From Bdellovibrionota bacterium FG-2 (GTDB taxonomy: Bacteria; Bdellovibrionota; UBA1018): DNA of 37,694 nt. Where the stretch lies: NCBI GenBank assembly GCA_051382305.1, contig JBBCAV010000045.1, positions 1-37,694 of the forward strand. Reading direction: 5' to 3'. The stretch's first letter is position 1. Every line of letters begins with the position of its first letter. Both the position numbers and the translations under genes were made by a program. Shown piece by piece: positions 7,975-20,059 of the stretch. The notes under the pieces are model-generated. The model was not told where the DNA came from. It was given only the letters and a program-made list of their open reading frames with translations, and searched no databases.

Positions 7975-8561
7975 ACAAAATCGCCAACAAACTCATTGTC
8001 ATCTCCGCGCCCTCCGGCGGGGGAAAAACCACTCTTTGCATGCACCTCCTTCGTGATTTTCCGGAGCTCACCCTTTCAATTTCGTGTACGACTCGGGCGC
8101 CACGAGGCCAAGAAAAAAACGGTCAGGAGTATTTCTTTATCTCCCGAGCTGAATTTGAAGCAAAAATAGCCCAAGGGGATTTTGCAGAATGGGCTGAAGT
8201 CCATGGGAACTACTACGGCACCTCCAAGGCGGTTTTTGAAAAAACTTTGGCTTCCCATCGCTCAGTGCTTCTCGACATTGACGTCCAAGGAGCTTCGTCC
8301 CTGAAAAAGTCCTATGGCGACCGTTGTGCCACGGTCTTTATCGCTCCGCCCAATATCCAAGAACTCGAAAAAAGACTTCGCAATAGAGAAACCGACTCCG
8401 AAGAAACCATTCAAAAGCGCTTGAAAAATGCGCGCATTGAATTAGATCGACAAAGCGAGTTCGACTATCGCATTGTCAACGACACTTTAGAGCGCGCCTA
8501 CACCGAGCTTAACGGACTTGTCGAGAAACTCCTCCATGGCCCCGGGAGTACTCTTGGCTAA
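7971..8561 (+). CDS. gmk: Guanylate kinase
   Basis: SAPSGGGKTT, TTRAPR, HGNYYGT and LDIDVQGA motifs. ATGA overlap with the accA stop. Confidence 0.97.
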   Translation: MNKIANKLIVISAPSGGGKTTLCMHLLRDFPELTLSISCTTRAPRGQEKNGQEYFFISRAEFEAKIAQGDFAEWAEVHGNYYGTSKAVFEKTLASHRSVLLDIDVQGASSLKKSYGDRCATVFIAPPNIQELEKRLRNRETDSEETIQKRLKNARIELDRQSEFDYRIVNDTLERAYTELNGLVEKLLHGPGSTLG

Positions 8562-10752
8562 AGCCCCACAAGCATCCCTACAAACGCTGACCAATCTCAT
8601 TACGAGCTACTATCCTGACGCTAAGCTCGATCTTCTTCGCAAAGCCTACGAATTTGCGGAACGCGCCCATCATGGACAGCTGCGCTCCAGTGGCGAACCC
8701 TACATGAATCATCCCGCCAATGTTGCGCAAAGTTTGGCGGAGTTGCGATTGGATCTTGCCAGCATCGCAACCGGACTTTTGCACGACACCGTTGAAGATA
8801 CTCACGCGACGCTTGAGGAAATCGAAAAAGAATTTGGCAAAGACATCGCGGAACTCGTAGATGGGGTCACGAAACTCTCCCAGATTACCTTCAAAACCTC
8901 CGAAGAAAAGCAGGCGGAGAATTTTCGTAAAATGATTCTAGCGATGGCTAAAGACATTCGTGTGATCCTCGTTAAACTCTGCGACCGGCTTGACAACATG
9001 CGCACCTTGGAGCACAAGTCGCTTTTAAAGCAATCCACGATTGCGCAAGAGACTTTGGACATTTACGCCCCCATTGCGAATCGCTTGGGGATCGGAAAAC
9101 TCAAAATAGAACTCGAAGACCTCTGCCTTCGCTATCTTCACCCCGACGTCTATTACAAACTCGCCCAAAGAGTTTCCAAAAAGAAGACGGAACGCGATGA
9201 TTATACGGATGAGGTTTCCGATATCTTAAACGAGAAACTCAAAGAGTACGACATCCACGGACAGGTGTTAGGGCGCGCAAAACATTTCTATTCTATTTTT
9301 AAGAAGATGGAGCGCCGACAAGTGGACTTCGAGCAAGTCTACGATATTATCGCTTTTCGCATCGTCGTCGACAACATCACGGAGTGCTACAAATCCCTGG
9401 GCGTAATTCACGCGACCTATAAACCCGTCCCGGGCCGATTCAAAGACTACATCGCCATGCCCAAGGCCAATGGCTACCAATCCCTTCACACGACCGTGAT
9501 TGGGCCGCACGGTGAGCGTGTCGAAATTCAAATACGCACGCAAGACATGCATCAAACTGCAGAAGGCGGAATTGCCGCTCATTGGAAATACAAAGAAGGA
9601 AAATTCGACACCCGTTCCGAAAATGTCGAGTGGGTCAATCGGCTTCTCGAGTGGCATCAAGATCTTTCAGACCCCAATGAGTTCTTAGAAACTGTAAAAA
9701 TTGACCTTTTTGCCGAAGACGTTTTTGTTTTCACGCCCAAGGGTGAGGTTAAACAGTTACCCCACGGAGCGACCCCCCTGGACTTTGCCTATTCGGTTCA
9801 TACTGACGTCGGCAATAAATGCGTCGGAGCCAAGGCCAACGGCCGGATCGTCCCCCTGAAGCACCGCCTCAAATCTGGGGACACCGTCGAAGTGATTACC
9901 TCGCCCACCCAACAACCTTCAAAAGACTGGCTCAAGATTGTGCGAAGCTCGCGCGCCAAAGCCAAAATCCGGGCTTTTATCAAGACAGAGGAGCGCGTAA
10001 AAGGAAGAGACCTGGGCAAAGAACTCTTAGATCGAGCATTAAGAGGATATTCTACGACTTGTTCTCGCCTTGAAAAATCGGGGGACCTCCAAAAAGCCGG
10101 CCAAGAACACTTTGGTTGCCGCACGGTGGATGAATTCCTGGTGGCCATTGGCTACGGACGAATTGCGCCCGAGGATGTGGTGGAAAAAGTTATTCCTAAG
10201 GACGTTTTCAACAAGAAGACACCCGAAGAAAAAAGTCAGGGTGCTCAAGATGACGAAACCTTTCTCAAGCGGGTCTTCAACGTCGCAAAAAAGAAGAGCG
10301 AGTCCCGCAACGCCATTACGGTGGCTGATCTTGACGATGTCCTTATTCGTTTTGGACGCTGCTGCAGCCCCGTCCCCGGCGATAGCATCGTGGGTTTCAT
10401 TACCCGCGGCCGTGGCGTGACCGTTCACACTTCGACCTGCACCAAAGCGATAGATAACGATCAGGAACGGCGCGTAGACGTACAGTGGAACATCACCAAC
10501 ATGGCCAATATCCGACGTCATGTGAGGCTCAGAGTCCTCTCGCTAGATGAGCCGGGCTTGCTCGCGATCATGTCGCAATCGATCACCGCGTGTGGCGTGA
10601 ACATCACTTCTGCCCATATTCGCACCACGAAAGATAAAAAAGCCATCGCCCTCTTTGAGATCGAAGTCAGCGATATTAGCCAAATTCAAAAGATCTCAAG
10701 TGCGCTGGAGAGCAAAAGAGGGGTCATCGCAGTCGAGAGAATGAAGTCGTAA
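8536..10752 (+). CDS. spoT: Bifunctional (p)ppGpp synthetase/hydrolase (Rel/SpoT); start may instead be TTG 8554
   Basis: HD hydrolase motif LLHDTVED, synthetase RFKDYIA and YQSLHT, TGS domain (FTPKG, DFAY), CC motif and ACT domain. Confidence 0.96.
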   Translation: MAPGVLLAKAPQASLQTLTNLITSYYPDAKLDLLRKAYEFAERAHHGQLRSSGEPYMNHPANVAQSLAELRLDLASIATGLLHDTVEDTHATLEEIEKEFGKDIAELVDGVTKLSQITFKTSEEKQAENFRKMILAMAKDIRVILVKLCDRLDNMRTLEHKSLLKQSTIAQETLDIYAPIANRLGIGKLKIELEDLCLRYLHPDVYYKLAQRVSKKKTERDDYTDEVSDILNEKLKEYDIHGQVLGRAKHFYSIFKKMERRQVDFEQVYDIIAFRIVVDNITECYKSLGVIHATYKPVPGRFKDYIAMPKANGYQSLHTTVIGPHGERVEIQIRTQDMHQTAEGGIAAHWKYKEGKFDTRSENVEWVNRLLEWHQDLSDPNEFLETVKIDLFAEDVFVFTPKGEVKQLPHGATPLDFAYSVHTDVGNKCVGAKANGRIVPLKHRLKSGDTVEVITSPTQQPSKDWLKIVRSSRAKAKIRAFIKTEERVKGRDLGKELLDRALRGYSTTCSRLEKSGDLQKAGQEHFGCRTVDEFLVAIGYGRIAPEDVVEKVIPKDVFNKKTPEEKSQGAQDDETFLKRVFNVAKKKSESRNAITVADLDDVLIRFGRCCSPVPGDSIVGFITRGRGVTVHTSTCTKAIDNDQERRVDVQWNITNMANIRRHVRLRVLSLDEPGLLAIMSQSITACGVNITSAHIRTTKDKKAIALFEIEVSDISQIQKISSALESKRGVIAVERMKS

Positions 10753-10770
10753 AGGGTCCACTGGACCCTT
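10752..10770. terminator. Hairpin between convergent genes
   Basis: Perfect inverted repeat AAGGGTCCA-C-TGGACCCTT. Confidence 0.55.
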
Positions 10771-10771
10771 A

Positions 10772-11347
10772 TCACCGCTTCACATCTGGCCACAAAGTGA
10801 CCGGAGGCCGTTCCCGACGATCCAGAAAGTCTCTAAATTCCCTAACTCGATCCTGCTGTTCTTCTTTGAGGGATCGCAATTTTACATCGAGTTCACTCCC
10901 ACGACTCGCACGCTCGTCGGAAAGAATTTTCATAAACATCTTACGCCGATCCAGGAACTCCGTTATGTAAGCCCGTCGTTCCGGGCCTTTGGTGTGATCC
11001 AAGAAAAACTTATGACGATCCTCGCGTTCCTTCTTTTCCCACTCTCGCTGACGGGCCGCCTGCGAGGCTTTGAGTTCCCGCAACTCAAATTTCTGACGAT
11101 GCTCAAAGGCACGAACTTCGGCTATTTGGGCTCGCTGAAATTCCCGCAAAAGGCGCTGAATCTCTTCCGTAGAAAGGGCTGCGGGCTTGAGGGCGGGCAC
11201 CGGCGAAGGAATGCAATAGGGCGGAGAAGCCGGGGGCGGAGAGGGCGGAGAGGACTCCGTCCGCATCGGATTAAAATCCGATGCAAGACCAAGCCCCCCC
11301 GCAAAAAACACAATACTACCTAACCAGAAAAGCGTTATTGATTTCAA
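10772..11347 (-). CDS. Hypothetical exported protein with Pro-rich linker and charged helical domain
   Basis: Signal peptide, PPSPPPASPP linker and E/R/K-rich helices. TTG start overlaps the subtilase stop. Confidence 0.8.
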   Translation of the reverse strand: MKSITLFWLGSIVFFAGGLGLASDFNPMRTESSPPSPPPASPPYCIPSPVPALKPAALSTEEIQRLLREFQRAQIAEVRAFEHRQKFELRELKASQAARQREWEKKEREDRHKFFLDHTKGPERRAYITEFLDRRKMFMKILSDERASRGSELDVKLRSLKEEQQDRVREFRDFLDRRERPPVTLWPDVKR

Positions 11348-13068
11348 TAGATTACCTGAATCTTATCGACCTTAAATCCCCAAGCAAAGTAAATGGAGTC
11401 GGTTTTCAGACGGATCACGGCCGAATCGCCCTTGATCGCCTCAGAATATACCCCTTCTGCTTTGCCCGTAAATTCTGATTCCACCCCACCCAATTGAGAT
11501 TCAACCGTCACCTTATCATAACCCTGCTCGACATCGATCTTTTCAAAATGGACGCGAATATACTTTGCGCCAGCTACTTGAACCGGGAAAGTGATATTCG
11601 AACTGTTAGCATAGGGATGAACCGACTCAACGACCTGATCAACATCCTTCCAGGCGGTAGGATCTGGCTCATCCGAGGGCGGGATGATTCCGTAATAAGC
11701 GTTTGCGGCATTGACTCGCCCCTTAGCAAGAACTTTACGTTTAAGACCCGCGACCGGAGTGCTGGTCGTAATCAAACGCTGCTTGACGTCAGCAAAAGTC
11801 CAATCCGGATTTGCAGATAGTAGTAAAGCCGAGATCCCCGCAACATGGGGACACGCCATCGACGTGCCACTGAGGGCCTCATATTTGCCGCCGAAGGTGG
11901 TGCTATAAACCTTCACGCCTGGAGCTGCGACATGAACCGCTTTTGCCCCATAATTTGAAAATTTCGCGAGCTTATCTTGGTTATCAGTCGCGGCGACTGA
12001 AACGACATTTTCAACTTCATAACTTGCAGGATAGGAGGGCGTCGTATCATTGTTCGACGAATCGTTCCCTGCGGCGGCAACAAAGAGAATCCCTGCGTCA
12101 CGAGCGGCCACGATCGAATCCTTCATCGTCTCCGAGAAACCCCCACCGCCCCAGCTGTTACTCATGACTTGCACTTTCATGAGACGCGCATAATTAATGG
12201 ACTCCACTGCCGCCTCAAGTGTACCGCTTCCCGAAGCCGTGAGAAACTTCACGGGGAGCATCGTCACTTCCCAATTCACGCCAGCCACCCCGACACCGTT
12301 ATTACCCGAAGCGCCAATCGTGCCGGCGCAATGGGATCCGTGTTTGTTGTCATCCGAGGAGTTCGCCGTCTTATCAGCAAAGTTCCAACCATGAACGTCG
12401 TCAATGAAACCATTGCCGTCGTCATCCAAACCATTGCCTGCGATTTCGCCGGGGTTTGTGTAGAGGTTGCCCACGAGATCGGGATGCGTCCAATCAATCC
12501 CAGTATCAATGATCGCGACCAACGTGCGTTTTGCGCCCGTAATCCCTTTGAGCCAAAGCGGTATCACATTGATGTCAGAGCCCGCAAGTCCGACCTGGCC
12601 GGCGGAATCGGTTTGACCCGTGTTGCTAAGGCCCCAAGTCTTGATAAAATCCGGATCATTGGGGGCGCCTAAAGGCAAGCTCGGGACCGTGCCCGGAACA
12701 CCATCATCTAACGCATAATAAAGATAATTGGGTTCCGTGTACTGAACCGCTCCATCAGATTCTAAGAACTGCATCGCACGGCTTACATCTTGGTCTTTTG
12801 CCAAGCGGACAACTTTTAGCGAAGAATCCGTCTTCAACGTCCGCGCATCCACCACTGAATTTGCACCTAATTTTTTTTCAAGAGCTATAAGCATCGCGCC
12901 CATCGCTTGGGGGCCAACCGCATGAGAACGCATCTTGACGATGAATTCCCCGTCAACACGAGCTTTCCCCTTTTGAATGGAGGTCGCTGCCTGGGCGGAT
13001 TGCAGTTGAAAGGAAACAATCGATAACAACAGTAAAAGTACACGGGCCTGCGCGAAAATCTTTCTCAT
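11344..13068 (-). CDS. Secreted S8 subtilisin-family serine protease with prodomain and C-terminal CUB-like domain
   Basis: Catalytic triad IIDTG, HGSHCAG and GTSMA; signal peptide; ESVHPY...IRVHFEKIDVEQGYD C-domain; RBS AAGGAGGA. Confidence 0.93.
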   Translation of the reverse strand: MRKIFAQARVLLLLLSIVSFQLQSAQAATSIQKGKARVDGEFIVKMRSHAVGPQAMGAMLIALEKKLGANSVVDARTLKTDSSLKVVRLAKDQDVSRAMQFLESDGAVQYTEPNYLYYALDDGVPGTVPSLPLGAPNDPDFIKTWGLSNTGQTDSAGQVGLAGSDINVIPLWLKGITGAKRTLVAIIDTGIDWTHPDLVGNLYTNPGEIAGNGLDDDGNGFIDDVHGWNFADKTANSSDDNKHGSHCAGTIGASGNNGVGVAGVNWEVTMLPVKFLTASGSGTLEAAVESINYARLMKVQVMSNSWGGGGFSETMKDSIVAARDAGILFVAAAGNDSSNNDTTPSYPASYEVENVVSVAATDNQDKLAKFSNYGAKAVHVAAPGVKVYSTTFGGKYEALSGTSMACPHVAGISALLLSANPDWTFADVKQRLITTSTPVAGLKRKVLAKGRVNAANAYYGIIPPSDEPDPTAWKDVDQVVESVHPYANSSNITFPVQVAGAKYIRVHFEKIDVEQGYDKVTVESQLGGVESEFTGKAEGVYSEAIKGDSAVIRLKTDSIYFAWGFKVDKIQVIY

Positions 13069-13193
13069 TTGTCCTCCTTGAACAAAGCGAAAACGAGACA
13101 CAATCATCTCGTCGTGAGCAATCCATGCCCAAAAGTTTTATTTAGAAGTCGTGTGCAAGTCTGGAACCCATTTTATAGACGTTCGCTAGAGAG

Positions 13194-14981
13194 TCAAGTT
13201 TGCTGTTTTCGCCAATCACGAACGCGAAGCGTTGGGGTCACCTTACCCCTGAAACGATTCAACTCCGGAACCCCCGCCCAGGCAGACACCGAGCCCAAGT
13301 CAGAGGTAAGATCCAGATCTCTGCGATCCATCGCATGAAACCAAATCGCTTCCAGAGGGGCCAAAAGAGGGGCACCTTGAAAGAGTTCCATTTTTAGATG
13401 GCGCTCCTTTAAAACCCGATGGTTTCTTGCGACAGCATCAATTGAAAAAACGGGCTCAGGGTTCCCAGGACCAAAAGGCCCCAGACGCTCAAGCTCCTCA
13501 AGTGTCTTAAGATCAAGATCCGAAACTCCACACGCTCCATCGGTTAAAAGCGGCTCGGCTTCATTAACTTCTGCGCCGGCAAGCGCACTAGCAAGTGCGT
13601 CGTCGAAAGCTTGAGCAAACACCTCAATTTTGTCTGCATGAACCGTAAGTCCCGCCGCATGTCGGTGACCGCCAAACCCTAGTAAGTGCCCTGCCCCGAG
13701 TCGAAGCGCCCCCAAAATATCTTTGCCACCGTAACTCCGCACGCTCCCCTTACCCACACCGTCTTCTCGCAAAGCAACGACCGCAGCGGGCTTGTGAAAA
13801 GTCTCTGTCACCCGAGTCGCGACAATCCCGACCACGCCCTCGTGCCAGCGCGAATCCGCAACCACAACTGCGTTTTGAAATTTCCCTACTTCCAAACCCG
13901 CTTCGACCTTTTCCTTAACTTCTTTCCAAATTCGGTCCTGAACTTCGGCTCTCTCAGTATTGAGTTTCTCAAGCTCAGCAGCAAGCACCGTTGCCCGACC
14001 GGAATCTCTCGTCGACAATAACTCAAAAGCCAGATTCGCGTTTTGCATCCGTCCTGAAGCATTAATTCTGGGCCCCAGCACAAAGCCCAGATGCCCAGGA
14101 CTCACGTTCTCTGCACTGATCCCTGCGCCATGCAATAACGCGCGAACGCCCGGTTTCTTCGTGTTCTTCAGAACCTCAAGTCCATGTCGAACCAAAATGT
14201 GATTGTCCCCAAGCAAAGGCACCATATCCGCAGCGGTCGCAATGACCACGAGATCCAGATGCTGTTTGAGATTAGGCATCTTATCGGGCTCAAACCACTT
14301 CTCATCACGCGCGTGGGAGCGCAATGCAAGCGCCAAGTAAAAAGCAAGGCCACAACCACAAAGCTGCTTTAGCCCACTTTCGCAATCGGGACGATGAGGA
14401 TCCAAAACCGCAAAGGCCGGTGGAATCCCCTTTTCTGGGTCCGGCTGATGATGATCCACTACAATGAGATCCACGCCTAGCGCTTTGGCGCGCTCTGCTG
14501 CCTCAAAACTCGTAATCCCACAATCCACAGTTACTAAGACCTTCACACCACTGGCTGCCGCATCTTCAACGGCCCCGACATTAAGCCCATAGCCGTCTTT
14601 AAATCGATCGGGTTGCCTGACCTCAAATGAAATTCCAAAATCGCGAAACACCCAAGCCAAAAGAGCTGCAGCGGTGGTACCATCCACATCATAGTCCCCA
14701 AAAACCCGGACACACTCCCCTTGCGCACGCGCAAGTGCGAGCCGTCCCACAGCCCGATCCATGTCTTTGATGGTCATGGGACTCGTCAGCGATTCGAGTT
14801 TGGGAAACAAAAATGAGCGAATAGCCTCACCACTGGTCAAACCCCTGAGGATACATACCCGCAAAGTCAGAGGCGAAAACCCGGTTTCACTACAAAGCTG
14901 CTCAATGAGTTCCGAGGAGTACTCAGCGCGCTGTTTCCAGGGTCTGGGCCCCGCTAAGCCTTTTCGTCTAAATCCCATCAA
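13194..14981 (-). CDS. recJ: ssDNA-specific exonuclease RecJ
   Basis: GDYDVDG, TVDCG, DHH, GPRINASGR, GSVRS and FGGH motifs. Confidence 0.96.
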   Translation of the reverse strand: MMGFRRKGLAGPRPWKQRAEYSSELIEQLCSETGFSPLTLRVCILRGLTSGEAIRSFLFPKLESLTSPMTIKDMDRAVGRLALARAQGECVRVFGDYDVDGTTAAALLAWVFRDFGISFEVRQPDRFKDGYGLNVGAVEDAAASGVKVLVTVDCGITSFEAAERAKALGVDLIVVDHHQPDPEKGIPPAFAVLDPHRPDCESGLKQLCGCGLAFYLALALRSHARDEKWFEPDKMPNLKQHLDLVVIATAADMVPLLGDNHILVRHGLEVLKNTKKPGVRALLHGAGISAENVSPGHLGFVLGPRINASGRMQNANLAFELLSTRDSGRATVLAAELEKLNTERAEVQDRIWKEVKEKVEAGLEVGKFQNAVVVADSRWHEGVVGIVATRVTETFHKPAAVVALREDGVGKGSVRSYGGKDILGALRLGAGHLLGFGGHRHAAGLTVHADKIEVFAQAFDDALASALAGAEVNEAEPLLTDGACGVSDLDLKTLEELERLGPFGPGNPEPVFSIDAVARNHRVLKERHLKMELFQGAPLLAPLEAIWFHAMDRRDLDLTSDLGSVSAWAGVPELNRFRGKVTPTLRVRDWRKQQT

Positions 14982-15964
14982 GAATTTGCTTTTGGCTCAG
15001 GCCTCGGAACAAAACCCATCTTCTTGGGTATTCCGCCGCCTTGAGCTTTCAATTTCGCCAAGCGCTTATCGTGATAATTCGAAATCCAAATCACGAGCGA
15101 ACTTGCGATAAAGATCGAAGAATAGGTTCCGACCACAATCCCGACCATCAAGGTAAAAGCAAAATCTTCAATCACCTTACCCCCAAAAATCCAAAGGGCA
15201 AAAACGGTCAGAAAAGTACAGGCGGAAGTCAGGATCGTTCGTCCCAAAGTTTCATTCACCGCACGATTCACGGCTTGATCAATGGGTAACTCCGGATGCT
15301 GATGGATCGTCTCACGCACGCGATCATACACGATAATCGTATCGTTGTTTGAGTAACCAATGAGCGCAAGCAAAGCGGCCAAGATCTGAAGGTCAAATTG
15401 CTTTTGCGTAAGAATAAACACACCCAGCGTAATCACGCTGTCATGAAAAAGCGCAAGCACGGCTCCCGGAGAATAACGATAATCGAAGCGAATCGTCACG
15501 TAGACCAAAATGCAAAGCAGGGCATAGAACATGGATAAGAACCCACTCATCCGCAGCGAGCTGCCGGCAGCAGGACCGACGACATCCACGCGCTGCATTT
15601 CATAATCTCCTTGTTTTAGAGTCTTCAAAAAAACGCCCTCTACCTGTTGGGAAATCTTATTCAACGAACTTTCGTCCCCCTGAGCTTTGATTAGAAACTG
15701 ACGGGCATCGACTTCCCCAATCTGCTGAACTTTAAGACCTTTGATTCCACCGGTTTCCATCTCCGCTCGAAGTTTAGCAATATCCCACCCCGCAGGAACC
15801 TTGACCTGCACTTCAGCGCCACCGGTGAAATCAATTCCGTAATTCAGGCCCTTCGTAAAAAGCAACGCAAAGGTTGCGATCACCGCGACGATGGAAACGC
15901 CAATCCAGATGCGGCGTTTCCCGACAAAATCAATCTTAGTCCCTGGTCGAATAAGTTCAAACAT
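14978..15964 (-). CDS. secF: Protein translocase subunit SecF
   Basis: GIDFTGG, GYSNNDTIIVYDRVRE and TLGRTILTS motifs. Confidence 0.97.
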   Translation of the reverse strand: MFELIRPGTKIDFVGKRRIWIGVSIVAVIATFALLFTKGLNYGIDFTGGAEVQVKVPAGWDIAKLRAEMETGGIKGLKVQQIGEVDARQFLIKAQGDESSLNKISQQVEGVFLKTLKQGDYEMQRVDVVGPAAGSSLRMSGFLSMFYALLCILVYVTIRFDYRYSPGAVLALFHDSVITLGVFILTQKQFDLQILAALLALIGYSNNDTIIVYDRVRETIHQHPELPIDQAVNRAVNETLGRTILTSACTFLTVFALWIFGGKVIEDFAFTLMVGIVVGTYSSIFIASSLVIWISNYHDKRLAKLKAQGGGIPKKMGFVPRPEPKANS

Positions 15965-15977
15965 GGTGGGTCACCTC

Positions 15978-17708
15978 TCAAATGCTAATGGACCGAGCAG
16001 AGCGGCCCTCGTTAATTTTAAGATAAGCATCAAACACGAGCTTACACACAAAGATGGCCGTAAACAGGGTCGTCACAATCCCGATCAGAAGCGTCACCGC
16101 AAATCCCTTGATCGGTCCTGTGCCGTACATCAAAAGTACAACGGCGGCTGCGGCGTTGGTCACGTTGGCATCCAAAATCGTGCGAAAGGCCTTCTGAAAG
16201 CCTCCCTCAATTGCTCCTGCAGCGAGCTTGCCTAGCCGGAGCTCCTCACGAATTCGCTCATAGATAACGACGTTCGAGTCGACCGCGATCCCGACTGTCA
16301 AGGCGATCCCTGCAATACCGGGCAAAGTAAGAGTGGCTTCCATTCCCACAAGTGTCGCAAGCACAAACAACACATTGAGAAGCAGCGAAAATACTGCGAT
16401 CAGGCCGCTAACTTGATAGTAGATACTTACAAAAACAAAAACGGCAAGTGATCCAATGATACTGGCAATCGCCCCTTTACGAATCGAGTCTTGACCCAGC
16501 GAAGGGCCCACCACTCGTTGCTCTAAGAAATCCAATTGCGCGGGCAGGGCGCCGGCGCGAAGGACGATGGCTAAATCTTTAGCCTCCTTCATAATATCTT
16601 CTTGGTTGCCCCGACCCAATGTAATCTGACCTCGGCCTCCGCCGATCTTCGATTGGATCACAGGTGCGGAGTGAACAATATTATCAAGCACAATTGCCAA
16701 GCGCTGACCGATGCTCTCGCCCGTTGCCTTTTCAAACAACGTCGCCCCGCGCGGGTTCAAAGAGAATCCTACGTTTGGATTGCGGGTTTCTGAATCAATC
16801 TGCACATTGGCGTCTTGAAGATCTTCACCGGTTACGACCACTTTTGAGTGAAGGAGAAAAGCAATCCGAGGTCCTTCAGGTTGCCCCGGAACGGGTTTGG
16901 AGCGCTCAAAAGCGATCTCGTCATCAGCCGGAATTTTTCCTTTGGCTAACGTATTGAGTTTAATAACGTACTCAGAAAACTTCTGACCCTCTTTATAAGA
17001 AAAGTTATTGGTTTTCTCGAGGTCTGCAATCAAGGCAGCAACCTGCCCAGGATTCATGGCCTTGTCATCCACCATTTTGAATTCGAGCTTGGCCGTACGC
17101 CCAATCAAATCCTTAGCGCGATCCACTTCGCGAACACCGGGGAGCTCTACCACCACGCGATCCGTGCCTTGGCTGGTAATCGAAGGCTCCGAAACACCGA
17201 ACTCGTCGATTCGGTTTCGAATCACCTCAATACTCTGACTCAAGGTTCGTTCACGAACTTCAAGACGATACTCTTTAGCAAGCCCCACCTCAAGTTGTCC
17301 GGGCTTTTCATTGGAAAGCCGCAAGTTCCAATATTCTTTTTTGAGAAGCTGATACACTTCTTCGCGTTTGGAGGGCTCAAAATCCAAAACCACGCGAGGA
17401 TCATCCACAGGAAATCCGTCACGAACGGCTTTGACAGAAGTGACGGGAAGCGCTTTTTCTTTGACGCGCTCTTGAAGGCTTACCGCCTGCCTGTCCACGA
17501 CGTCGCGGAAGACTTTATTGAAGTCCACGCCCAGCACCAGATACAAACCACCCTGAAGATCGAGACCGAGGTTGATCTTTTGCTTGAAAGGGAACTTGGT
17601 TTTTTCCAAATCCAGGTTTGCAACCGATGGATAAACATAGACGACAGACATTCCGACAACAAACAACAGGAGCAGGCACTTCGCCCACCAGCCTCGACTC
17701 ATAATCAA
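15978..17708 (-). CDS. secD: Protein translocase subunit SecD (start may be ATG 17702)
   Basis: LGLDLQGG, RNRIDEFGVSEP, LRAGALPA and AVDSNVVIYERIREE motifs. Confidence 0.97.
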   Translation of the reverse strand: MIMSRGWWAKCLLLLFVVGMSVVYVYPSVANLDLEKTKFPFKQKINLGLDLQGGLYLVLGVDFNKVFRDVVDRQAVSLQERVKEKALPVTSVKAVRDGFPVDDPRVVLDFEPSKREEVYQLLKKEYWNLRLSNEKPGQLEVGLAKEYRLEVRERTLSQSIEVIRNRIDEFGVSEPSITSQGTDRVVVELPGVREVDRAKDLIGRTAKLEFKMVDDKAMNPGQVAALIADLEKTNNFSYKEGQKFSEYVIKLNTLAKGKIPADDEIAFERSKPVPGQPEGPRIAFLLHSKVVVTGEDLQDANVQIDSETRNPNVGFSLNPRGATLFEKATGESIGQRLAIVLDNIVHSAPVIQSKIGGGRGQITLGRGNQEDIMKEAKDLAIVLRAGALPAQLDFLEQRVVGPSLGQDSIRKGAIASIIGSLAVFVFVSIYYQVSGLIAVFSLLLNVLFVLATLVGMEATLTLPGIAGIALTVGIAVDSNVVIYERIREELRLGKLAAGAIEGGFQKAFRTILDANVTNAAAAVVLLMYGTGPIKGFAVTLLIGIVTTLFTAIFVCKLVFDAYLKINEGRSARSISI

Positions 17709-17738
17709 CCCCCTCAGGAAAAAAACTCTATAACTATC

Positions 17739-18155
17739 CTAAGTCAGATCTTTGATCTGACCCTTAATCACTTGCGAAACCTGACTCTTTAGGATTTTCA
17801 TCCTGACGTTGTCAGCCACTTCAACTGTTACTACTTTATCCGTGATTCCAGTAATATTACCCAGAATTCCGGATGTCGTCACTACTTCATCTCCATGTTT
17901 CAGTGCCCCGAGCATACTTTGTTGATCTTTCATCTTCTTTTGCTGAGGTCTGATCATGAGGAAATAGATTACGGCAAACATTGCCAAGAAAGGAAGTAAC
18001 ATTCCTGCCAAACCCGGCTGCGCAGGCGCTCCAGCCGGAACGCCAGCCGCACCCGCAGGAGCGCCACCTGCGGCAGGAAGCGCTGGGCCATCAGCAAGCA
18101 CAAGCGTCAGATTTCCGAGAAAAAATAGTCCAGATACCAAAATAGATTTCATCAT
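17739..18155 (-). CDS. yajC: Preprotein translocase subunit YajC
   Basis: YFLMIRPQQKK and GDEVVTTSGILG motifs; located between tgt and secD. Confidence 0.95.
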   Translation of the reverse strand: MMKSILVSGLFFLGNLTLVLADGPALPAAGGAPAGAAGVPAGAPAQPGLAGMLLPFLAMFAVIYFLMIRPQQKKMKDQQSMLGALKHGDEVVTTSGILGNITGITDKVVTVEVADNVRMKILKSQVSQVIKGQIKDLT

Positions 18156-18187
18156 ATTGTAAGACTCCTAAAAAACTCCATGGGGGG

Positions 18188-20004
<1,817 letters not shown>

Positions 20005-20059
20005 AAGTCTTCGGTCTCCTTGTTCATGAAAAAGTACGACGATTTTTGAAAAGCCGCCA

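Noticed and set aside
13110-13170. Sigma54-like motifs upstream of the subtilase
   Set aside because: One has GG-N9-GC spacing, which is wrong, and the other lacks the TGGC context.
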